Positions 8,294 through 15,227 are shown, counted from the first letter of the stretch. The stretch is DNA of 32,000 nt from Planctomycetales bacterium (GCA_022646745.1 CP060262.1:120001-152000); one strand, 5' to 3'. A program made the numbers and translations. The notes: generated by a model from the sequence alone, not told the origin.

Positions 8294-9268
8294 GTGATGC
8301 CGTTCCTGCTCCTGCTGCTTGCCTGCGTTCTGACACTGGCTTCCTGCCGGCAGGCAGCTGAACCAGCGGATGAAGTGAAAGCAGCACAGGACCCGTTGCC
8401 TGTCGCAGACCAAGCGGGGGAAATCTCGCAGCAAGCGCAGTTCCTGTATGGCAATGCACGCTCCAGCCTGTTCCCGGATGCCCTGCTGCTGGACATGGTG
8501 CCGCCAGATGAACTGCGCATTCCTGACCAAAAGGCAATGTACGTCGTGCGTCCTGAGGAAGAAATACCTGAGGGCCTGCAATTCAATGAACTCGCTGCAC
8601 TGCAACGTGCCGTTGATGCGGATGATTACGTCATTGAGGCGCGATCGCCGATTACCGTGGATACGGATACCGGGTACCGGGATTTCACTGTGGTCTGCTA
8701 TGCCGAGAATTACCTGGTTGAGCTGAGCTGGGGCGAGAAGTACCGCAAAGTAGCCTACTCCAGTCAGATTGCCGTGTTTGACGATCAAGGCAAGCTGACA
8801 GACCAGGCAGGCTGTGACAGGCTGCAGGGCATGGTACTGGAAGGCAAAATGCTGCACATCACCGCATTCAGTCCGGAGCACCAGTGGCTGAATATCACTT
8901 CTGAGGGAAAGCTACAGACTGAGGTCTCCATCTTCTTCGGTCCCGGCTGGGATAACCTGCAAAGCAAGGAAAGCCTGTACGAAACTGAGCTTCATACGGA
9001 AACCTGCCGTTACATCGTGATCCCGGTGCAGTGCGGACACAACCTCGAAATCCACTACCGCGGGGAGTACCTCTTCAACCAGGACTGCCGCACACCTGAT
9101 GGACTTGCCCCCGAGGATCTGAAGGAAGGCTACATGATCTATCGCTTCGGCAACGAGCATGTCTGGCCCTTCAGCTATGCGCGGGAACTGGACGCGCTGG
9201 CTGTGCTGTCCAGCGGCGATGAAATCCCCGGTGGATCAGGGCTGATCAACCTGGGCGGGCTGGACTGA
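8294..9268 (+). CDS. Lipoprotein of unknown function (tandem paralogue B)
   Basis: 324-aa ORF. It starts at GTG 8294 or ATG 8297, directly after the TGA of the upstream gene, with AGGAGG at 8281-8286. LLLLLACVLTLASC is a lipobox. It is colinear with 7232..8293. Confidence 0.8.
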   Translation: MMPFLLLLLACVLTLASCRQAAEPADEVKAAQDPLPVADQAGEISQQAQFLYGNARSSLFPDALLLDMVPPDELRIPDQKAMYVVRPEEEIPEGLQFNELAALQRAVDADDYVIEARSPITVDTDTGYRDFTVVCYAENYLVELSWGEKYRKVAYSSQIAVFDDQGKLTDQAGCDRLQGMVLEGKMLHITAFSPEHQWLNITSEGKLQTEVSIFFGPGWDNLQSKESLYETELHTETCRYIVIPVQCGHNLEIHYRGEYLFNQDCRTPDGLAPEDLKEGYMIYRFGNEHVWPFSYARELDALAVLSSGDEIPGGSGLINLGGLD

Positions 9269-9348
9269 CCACTGACTACTGACCACTGCCCACTACTGAT
9301 CCCTGGTCCCTGGTCCCCGGTCCCTGATCCATGATCCCCGATCCCTGG
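9269..9348. repeat. Heptamer word tracts (ACTGACY then CCCTGGT/CCCTGAT series)
   Basis: The tract reads ccactgactactgaccactgcccactactgat, then ccctggt ccctggt ccccggt ccctgat ccatgat ccccgat ccctgg in 7-nt register. It starts right at the stop codon of 8294..9268. Confidence 0.8.
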
Positions 9349-9356
9349 ATTTCCCC

Positions 9357-9384
9357 TTGACATCCGTCTAGATAGTGCTATACT
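9357..9384 (+). promoter_or_regulatory. Near-consensus sigma70 promoter (TTGACA-N16-TGcTATACT) with no ORF behind it
   Basis: TTGACA at 9357-9362, a 16-nt spacer ending in an extended -10 TG (9376-9377), and TATACT at 9379-9384. The next plausible CDS on this strand is more than 2 kb away. Confidence 0.6.
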
Positions 9385-9390
9385 TTAGTT

Positions 9391-9716
9391 AAGTTCATCC
9401 GACGCTGTAGAGGAAGAGCCGCCGCGAATTCCCATGGGGGACTCGCGGCGGGCTTCAATCTGAGCTAGAATGAAATCAGGCCGCGATTGCTTGTGGGGCA
9501 GCCCTCCAAGGCAGGGGGCGCAACCGGCGGGTCAGGGGCAAACCCCTGTCCGTGCCAGCATTGGCGGCTGTGGGAAACAGGACGAGGAAGTCCCGTCGCA
9601 AGCGGGAAGGAAGGCTCCAAGGCAGGAAGCCTGGACTGGGACCCTTGAAAATTCATACTGCCGGCCATCCCGGATTTATCCGGTTCCTTGCCAGATGGCC
9701 GGCTTTGCCTTTTCTA
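9391..9716 (+). ncRNA. Candidate structured non-coding RNA of unknown family (~325 nt)
   Basis: It starts about 7 nt after the -10 at 9379-9384. By hand folding it contains GCCGCCGCGA...TCGCGGCGG(G)C (about 9420-9455), CAGGGG-CAAA-CCCCTG, CCCG(U)C-GCAA-GCGGG, and two hairpins that both display CCAAGGCAGG. It ends with stem CCGGCCATC (9661-9669) / GATGGCCGG (9694-9702) followed by CTTTGCCTTTTC. There is no credible ORF or SD. Confidence 0.3.
9661..9716 (+). terminator. Terminator-like stem-loop with T-rich tail
   Basis: A 9-bp outer stem (9661-9669 / 9694-9702) encloses the hairpin CCGGAT-TT-ATCCGG. It is followed by CTTTGCCTTTTCT. The T-run is interrupted, so this is weak. Confidence 0.3.
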
Positions 9717-9834
9717 CCTGCCGCCTCGTGCAAGCACTCGGCGGTCTGCGAACCGCAGCGAAGCATAGCTTCACTGCTCTTGCCCGCAACATCCATATCT
9801 CCTGCTCATGCGAGCACTCGGCGGGCTGGCGCTG

Positions 9835-10627
9835 CGTTTTCCATCCACCATCCCATTGTGCCTCACGCCTAAGGCGTGATTGCGCACCTCCGATCTGCCT
9901 TTTGCCTTCTGCCTTCTGCCCACCGACCACTGACCACTGACCACTGAAGGCTGTGTCGCCATTCCTTCAGGCAAGGCCGGAGGCCGCGCAGCAGCGCGAG
10001 GTACGAGCGCTGAAATGCAGACAGGCGTAAAGGCGCCACAGCGAAGATCAGGCGACAGCATGTCGCTGCTAGTTACTCGTGTTCGCAGAATAGTGTTGCC
10101 AGAATGAATTCCGGCCTCCCACAAACGGATGGCAAATGCCATCCTGGGCAAGGCACGCAGGCCTTGCCCTACGTTTTCCATCCACCATCCCATTGTGCCT
10201 CACGCCTAAGGCGTGATTGCGCACCTCCGATCTGCCTTTTGCCTTTTGCCTTCTGCCTTCTGCCCACCGACCACTGAAGGCTGTGAAGCCATTCCTTCAG
10301 GCAAGGCCGGAGGCCGCGCAGCAGCGCGAGGTACGAGCGCTGAAATGCAGACAGGCGTAAAGGCGCCACAGCGAAGATCAGGCGACAGCATGTCGCCGCT
10401 AATTGCTCGTGTTCTTAGATTAGGCGTTAACTGTTCAGTGTTGCCAGAATGAATTCCGGCCTCCCACAAACGGATGGCAAATGCCATCCTGGGCAAGGCA
10501 CGCAGGCCTTGCCCTACGTTTTCCGTCCACCATCCCATTGTGCGCAAACGAGTTGCGCACCTCCGATCTGCCTTTTGCCTTCTGCCCACCTACCACCGAC
10601 CACTGACCACTGACCACTGAAGGCTGT
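9835..10627. repeat. Tandem repeat, unit 337/345 nt, ~2.3 copies
   Basis: Unit starts (CGTTTTCCATCCACCATCCC) are at 9835, 10172 and 10517. Copies 1 and 2 are near-identical except for word-tract copy number, a 15-nt indel and a few substitutions. Copy 3 is truncated after the heptamer tract. Confidence 0.9.
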
Positions 10628-10651
10628 TGTCAGACTCTCGTCTGACCTCCG
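10625..10651. repeat. 27-nt repeat TGTTGTCAGACTCTCGTCTGACCTCCG with 7-bp hairpin (copy 1)
   Basis: Identical to 18795-18821. The hairpin is GTCAGAC-TCTC-GTCTGAC. It lies 3' of the minus-strand gene ending at 10661. Confidence 0.85.
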
Positions 10652-10660
10652 GCCTCCTGC

Positions 10661-11497
10661 CTACTGCCCGCTGCCTTCCTGCCTCTGGTCGATCCGGTCC
10701 CGCAGGCGTTCGCGCGGACGCTGCCTGCCCTGGCCCGGCGGCGGGCCATCACCCTGCCCCATCCCGGGGCCTTCCTCGCCGTTGCGCCGGCCCGGGCCAC
10801 CGCCGGGTCCGCCCTCGCCCATCCCCGGGCGGAAATCCGGGAACATCGGGTTGTCACTGACGCGCTGGAAATGCACCTCGTCAATCTCGATCACGCGCGG
10901 CCCATCCTCGGCGGTGGTGCCCTGCTTCGTGTCGATGTAGCCGATCAGCACGCTTTCCAGCTGGTCGACGTCCAGCTGGCCATTCTCATCCTCACTGTCA
11001 TCGGAAAGCGTCATCAACTCCAGCGGGAATTCGTAATGCGTCCATTCCCGCTCCAGCCGTTCAGGAAAAACCGTGTAAGAGCTGCCGTCGCGCTCCATCA
11101 CACCGACCACCACCTGGCCGTCATAGCTGGCGCGCATGTCCATCGCCAGCGCATTCGCGTCCGGCGGGCCGGGCCTCAGCATCAGGCCGAGCAGGTCGAT
11201 CGGCGCAGTCTCGCGGTCCGGTGTCCATTCCAGCCAGCCCTCCTGCCCGTCATCCATCAGCTCGGTGCGGGCCTTGCCGCTGATTGCGACCAGCGGGTCA
11301 TGCCCGTCGAAGCGGGCCACCGGCGGCGCTTCGATCCCGTCCGCCTGCATGCGCTGCTTCAGCTCGGAGTATCTGATCTGCCAGCTGGTGAACATCTGCG
11401 CCAGGCCCTGCTGCTTATCGCCGGCATCAACCACCGCCCCTGTCACGAGCAGGCCGTAAAGCAACATCAGCCAGGCAATTCCCTTCCACATTTGCAT
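10661..11497 (-). CDS. Secreted hypothetical protein with Gly/Pro-rich, basic C-terminal tail
   Basis: ORF 10661..11542(-). The likely start is ATG 11495-11497 (MQMWKGIAWLMLLYGLLVTGAVV, a signal peptide) with GGGAGCG upstream. I cannot name a family. The beta-sandwich-like central part is only an impression. Confidence 0.7.
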   Translation of the reverse strand: MQMWKGIAWLMLLYGLLVTGAVVDAGDKQQGLAQMFTSWQIRYSELKQRMQADGIEAPPVARFDGHDPLVAISGKARTELMDDGQEGWLEWTPDRETAPIDLLGLMLRPGPPDANALAMDMRASYDGQVVVGVMERDGSSYTVFPERLEREWTHYEFPLELMTLSDDSEDENGQLDVDQLESVLIGYIDTKQGTTAEDGPRVIEIDEVHFQRVSDNPMFPDFRPGMGEGGPGGGPGRRNGEEGPGMGQGDGPPPGQGRQRPRERLRDRIDQRQEGSGQ

Positions 11498-11587
11498 TCG
11501 CTCCCTGCAACTTGGAGTAGCGCAGCGCGTACTGAGTTGCAAAACCTATAATAGTTCCATACCGGGCCGCATGCCCGGCAGGCTGAT

Positions 11588-12907
11588 ATGGACACCAGCA
11601 ATCCAGATAACGGCAGCATCCGCATCCAGCCGGCGACGGGGCCGATCCGCGGCAGCTATGACCCGCCCGGCGACCGAAGCATCACGCACCGCGCGCTGAT
11701 CCTCGGCTCGCTCACGGATGAGGACAGCGAGGTGTGCGGCTCACTCGAATGCGAGGACACCGTCTGCACCCGCCGCGTGCTGGCCCAGCTCGGGCAGACC
11801 TTCACCAGCAGCGAGGAGGAGGACTGTGTCACGATCAGCCTCGGCGGCCTGCAGGCGCCGAGTGTGCCGCTGGACTGCGGCCGCTCCTTCACGACGCTGA
11901 AGCTGATGCTCGGCCTGCTGGCCACGCAGGACTTCGACAGCGTGCTGACCGGCTCACCCGAGCTGCTGCAGCGCCGGGTGACGCACCTCGTCGAGCCATT
12001 GCGTGCAATGGGTGCCGAGATCAGCTGCGAGGGCATCGGCGACAGTGCGCCGCTGCGCATCAGCGGCCGCAAGCTGAAGGCCGGTAAGGTGGAGATCGCC
12101 GTGCGCGATGCCGAGCTGAAGAGCACGCTGCTGCTGGCCAGCCCCTACATGCAGGGCCAGCTGCGCATCGTGGAGAAGGCCCCGAGCCGCGACCACAGCG
12201 AGCGCCTGATGAAACACATGGGGATCGCCTTCGGCCGTGACAGCGGGGCGATCACGCTGGAATGCGGCCAGCTGCCGAAGGCGCGGCGCATCAAGATCGC
12301 CGGTGACATGTCCTCCGCCGCGCCATTCATTGCGGCGACGGTGCTGATCCCCGGCAGTGAACTGACGATCAACCAGGTCGGCTTCAACCCGGGCCGCTGC
12401 GGGATGGTGAAGGTGCTGTCCCGCGTGGAGGACTGCGTGGAGCGCACCAAGGACTGGCAGCTCGGCAGCGAACCGGTGACCAGCCTGCATGTACGGCACT
12501 GTGCGGAAATGCCGGCCTTCAACATCGCACCGAACTTAAGCCCGAGCATGGCTGACGAGCTGCCGCTGCTGGCCCTGCTGGCAACGCAGGCCACGGGGAC
12601 GAGCTACCTGCGCGGCATCAACCGGCTGGCGACGCGCATGCCGGACCGCTTCCTGCTGACGGCGCAGATCCTGCGCAGCTTCGGCGCGGACATCGAGCTG
12701 GAGGAGGACGGCTTCACGATCCACGGCCCGACCCAGCTGCATGGCGGGCCGGTGCAGTGCGCCGGGGACCACCGGCTGGTGATGATGGCAACGGTGGCCG
12801 CGCTGATCGCCAATGGCGAAAGCACGCTGTATGGCGCTGACTCAATTCGCCACAGCTACCCGGGATTCTTCACGGACCTCAATGAGTTGTTGGTTGTCAG
12901 TGCTTAG
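11588..12907 (+). CDS. aroA: 3-phosphoshikimate 1-carboxyvinyltransferase (EPSP synthase) homologue, divergent in signature motifs
   Basis: 439-aa ORF. It has the family blocks PGDRSITHRALILGSL, SRDHSERLM, GDMSSAAPFIAA and GDHRLVMMATVAAL. Several signature residues are non-canonical (see findings). Confidence 0.85.
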   Translation: MDTSNPDNGSIRIQPATGPIRGSYDPPGDRSITHRALILGSLTDEDSEVCGSLECEDTVCTRRVLAQLGQTFTSSEEEDCVTISLGGLQAPSVPLDCGRSFTTLKLMLGLLATQDFDSVLTGSPELLQRRVTHLVEPLRAMGAEISCEGIGDSAPLRISGRKLKAGKVEIAVRDAELKSTLLLASPYMQGQLRIVEKAPSRDHSERLMKHMGIAFGRDSGAITLECGQLPKARRIKIAGDMSSAAPFIAATVLIPGSELTINQVGFNPGRCGMVKVLSRVEDCVERTKDWQLGSEPVTSLHVRHCAEMPAFNIAPNLSPSMADELPLLALLATQATGTSYLRGINRLATRMPDRFLLTAQILRSFGADIELEEDGFTIHGPTQLHGGPVQCAGDHRLVMMATVAALIANGESTLYGADSIRHSYPGFFTDLNELLVVSA

Positions 12908-12959
12908 TACTGAGTAGCGGCGCACGCTTCGTGTGACTGGGAGAGCATGCAGCGAAGCT

Positions 12960-13085
12960 ATGAGTAATGATGAGTAAGCAATTAGCCCGGCAATGATCAT
13001 CTTTCTCCGCGTCTCCGCGACTCCGCGTTGACAAGACCGTCGCCTCATTTGCACATATCAACCCGAGCACATGCGAGCCGCGCTG
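12960..13085. repeat. 126-nt composite module (copy 1), direct repeat of 14990-15115
   Basis: Gap-free hand alignment to 14990-15115 gives about 96/126 identities. This includes CGCGTTGACAA, GGCAAT and a 15-nt identical block GAGCACATGCGAGCC. Confidence 0.75.
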
Positions 13086-13143
13086 TCACGCGTGGAGCCT
13101 CGTGCTCGCCAGTCTGGTTTTCTTCAACGCGGAGTCGCGGAGA
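13012..13143. repeat. Perfect 19-nt inverted repeat (TCTCCGCGACTCCGCGTTG / CAACGCGGAGTCGCGGAGA) with 94-nt spacer
   Basis: 13012-13030 and 13125-13143 are exact reverse complements. The arms are made of CTCCGCG-type words. Confidence 0.85.
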
Positions 13144-13163
13144 TTGAAGAGAGGCGCGGAGCG
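13101..13163. repeat. Dispersed module CGTGCTCG..TGGTTTTCTT + variable words + GATTGAAGAGAGGCGC.GAG
   Basis: Other copies lie at 14916-14975 (same strand) and, first half only and inverted, at 22626-22666. The word tract inside differs between copies (CGCGGAG vs GCGCTGAG). Confidence 0.7.
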
Positions 13164-13319
13164 AATCGAGCGCATTGCCAAGCGCGTCTGCCATGCGTAC
13201 ATCACGGCATTTCCTCTCTGGCGCAGTAAGACTGCGCCGCTACGGCCTCTTTGGGAATTTCTTACCATGAGTCATGTCGCGTTTCAGCGGTGAGGGCGCT
13301 GCTGCTACTGACCACTGTT

Positions 13320-13407
13320 GTCCGGCTGCTGGAAGCAGCCGCTACTGACGTCTGACCACCGACCACTGACCACTGATGTCCGGCTGCTGGAAGCAGCCGC
13401 TACTGAC
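13320..13407. repeat. 30-nt repeat GTCCGGCTGCTGGAAGCAGCCGCTACTGAC x2 (58-nt period)
   Basis: Exact copies lie at 13320-13349 and 13378-13407, separated by TGACCAC-type heptamers. A degenerate third copy is at 15153-15182. It contains the hairpin GGCTGC-TGGAA-GCAGCC. Confidence 0.85.
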
Positions 13408-13583
13408 AACTTCTGCCACTTCTCGCTGACTTCCAACAAGCGGATGGTCGCAAGGCAATCCTGGCAGGGCACGGTGGCCCTGCCCTACTGACTATTGGTC
13501 CACTGTTAACAATCACTTCCGCCGCGGTTAAATGGCGCGAAATCCATCCTGACAACTTCCCTTTGAAGTTATATTCCCTGCAG

Positions 13584-14801
13584 ATGGATACCAGTGTGAC
13601 AAACGTGGTTGCCGAGTTCGACGAGGACGTGTTCGTCCCGGTCGAGCGGCTCAGTGCCGGCCTGGTCGTTGACAGCGACCTGTTCGCCGACAACCAGAAG
13701 CTGATCAGCAAGGGCACCGTACTCAGCCAGTCGATCATCAGCAACCTGACGAGCCGCGGCATCGAGCAGCTCAAGGTGCGCAGGGGCTCCAGCCTGGCAC
13801 GGCTCGGCATCATGCCCGAGAGCGCCGAGGACCGCTTCGCCGCGCTGCTGGTTGACACCGGCCGGATCTACGAGAAGCACGACCTGTCGATGGTGATCCC
13901 GCAGGAGAAGCTGGAAAGCGCCAGCCACCAGATCGAGACATTCTTCTGCGACCTCGAGCTCGGCCAGAGCGTGGACCTGACAAAGATGCGCGGCACGGTG
14001 GACGGCCTGATCCGAGAGTTCACCAAGAACCCGAACGGCGCCGTCAAGCTGCTCGACCTGGAGCACTTCGACCGCTACACCTACCGCCACTCGATCAACG
14101 TCGGCCTGCTGTTCCTGCTGAACGTGGCGGACTGGGTTGACGACGAGGACGAACTGGCCGAGATGGTCTACGGCGCGGTGATGCATGACATCGGCAAGAG
14201 CCGCGTGGACCTCTCGATCCTCAACAAGCCGGGCCCGCTGGACCGCGAGGAATGGGAGATCATGAAGATGCATCCGGTCTGGTCCAGTGAGCTGCTGGAG
14301 GACACGGCGATCTCCGACACCGGCATGCGCATCGCCCGCGCGCACCACGAGAAGCTGGACGGCAGCGGCTACCCGGACGGGCGCAACGCGAGCCAGATTG
14401 ACAAGTTCGTCAGGCTGTCAACGATCTGTGACGTGTATGACGCGATCACCACCAAGCGCAGCTACAAGAACAAGATGAACTTCGCCAAGGCGATTGAGAT
14501 CATCATCCAGGGATGCGGCCCGCAGTTCGACCCGAAGATTGCCAACATGTTCATCCGCAAGGTCGGGCAGTACCCGATCGGCACCTTCGTCAGGCTCAGC
14601 GACGGTCGCGTGGGCGTCGTCACTTCCGTGAACGAGGCCGCCATCACGCGCCCCGTGGTCAGCATCGTGCTGGACCAGCAGCTCAAGGAGACGGACTCCC
14701 CGGAGGAGCTGGACCTGTCCGAGCTGCCGGGCATCCGCATCGTCGGCGTGGTGGCCGGACGTACTGAGGAAACCACGGACCGCCCGCGCGCCAATTCATA
14801 G
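13584..14801 (+). CDS. HD-GYP domain phosphodiesterase (c-di-GMP type)
   Basis: ORF 13563..14801 (TTG). The first ATG is at 13584. It carries YTYRHSINVG, HDIGKSRV, REEWEIMKMHP and HHEKLDGSGYPDG. Confidence 0.9.
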   Translation: MDTSVTNVVAEFDEDVFVPVERLSAGLVVDSDLFADNQKLISKGTVLSQSIISNLTSRGIEQLKVRRGSSLARLGIMPESAEDRFAALLVDTGRIYEKHDLSMVIPQEKLESASHQIETFFCDLELGQSVDLTKMRGTVDGLIREFTKNPNGAVKLLDLEHFDRYTYRHSINVGLLFLLNVADWVDDEDELAEMVYGAVMHDIGKSRVDLSILNKPGPLDREEWEIMKMHPVWSSELLEDTAISDTGMRIARAHHEKLDGSGYPDGRNASQIDKFVRLSTICDVYDAITTKRSYKNKMNFAKAIEIIIQGCGPQFDPKIANMFIRKVGQYPIGTFVRLSDGRVGVVTSVNEAAITRPVVSIVLDQQLKETDSPEELDLSELPGIRIVGVVAGRTEETTDRPRANS

Positions 14802-14989
14802 CAGTCAGTGGCCAGTTGTCAGTGGTCAGTTTGCGGGAGCTGCGGAGCAAGTCGCACAACTGTGATGCCGCGCAGCAATGAGCAATGAAGAGCCGCGCAG
14901 TCGCACGGGCAGCATCGTGCTCGTCTGCATGGTTTTTTTGGCGCAGAGGCGCTGAGATTGAAGAGAGGCGCTGAGAATTCATTAAAGCA

Positions 14990-15115
14990 ATGAGCGATGA
15001 TGAATGAGCAATGAGCCTGGCAATCTTCATCTTCCCACGCGGCTTTGCGCCTTCGCGTTGACAAAACCATCGCAGCCTTAGCTCGAATGAGTACGAGCAC
15101 ATGCGAGCCACGCTG
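14990..15115. repeat. 126-nt composite module (copy 2), direct repeat of 12960-13085
   Basis: See 12960-13085. The two copies bracket the HD-GYP gene in the same orientation. Confidence 0.75.
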
Positions 15116-15227
15116 CTACACCCTTAACCCGGCACTAACAACTGACAACTTCTTCCGGCTGCTGGAAGCATCCGCTACTGAAGTCTGACCACTGACCACT
15201 GTTGCCAGCGGCGGGGCGCCGCTGCTA

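Noticed and set aside
3429-9268. Integron-like cassette array: eight small same-strand genes, each followed by an imperfect palindrome
   Set aside because: There is no intI integrase or attI in view. I could not find the RYYYAAC...GTTRRRY core sites at the element ends. Several genes carry their own promoter or SD. The same palindromic elements also flank housekeeping genes (aroA-like, lipA) and genes on the other strand.
9540-9650. Similarity to SRP RNA domain IV (GGAAGGAAG...CCAAGGCAG) and to the RNase P P4 strand (GAGGAAGUCCCG)
   Set aside because: The hairpin here is closed by a GCAA loop with a different stem. The conserved SRP context GGUCC-GGAA-GGAAGCAGC is absent. The 3' P4 partner (ACAGAACCCGGCUUA-like) and the size and architecture of RNase P are missing. 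No tmRNA ends are seen (GGGG..., T-arm/CCA). This was judged from memory only and needs cmscan.
9470-9940. Plus-strand ORF of 156 aa right behind the strong promoter
   Set aside because: There is no SD. The sequence is Cys/Arg/Pro-rich and non-protein-like. It runs into the tandem repeat and word tracts. The region is better explained by stable RNA-type hairpins.
9771-10589. Minus-strand ORFs 9771..10193 and 10206..10589, conserved between copies of the 340-nt repeat, including a 15-nt in-frame indel
   Set aside because: The composition is Arg/Ala/Gly/Pro-rich, typical of GC-rich non-coding DNA. There is no SD. The few substitutions between copies that I checked all change the amino acid. 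The ORFs read through heptamer tracts whose copy number varies. One in-frame indel is not significant.
13028-13033. TTGACA inside the 126-nt module (also at 15057) as a promoter -35 element
   Set aside because: No acceptable -10 hexamer lies 16-19 nt downstream in either copy. The downstream copy points away from any gene start.
13320-13407. CRISPR-like geometry: two exact 30-nt repeats separated by a 28-nt spacer
   Set aside because: There are only two adjacent copies. The spacer is itself TGACCAC-type low-complexity words. A third, degenerate copy is dispersed at 15153-15182. No cas genes or leader are present. It fits the dispersed hairpin-module family instead.
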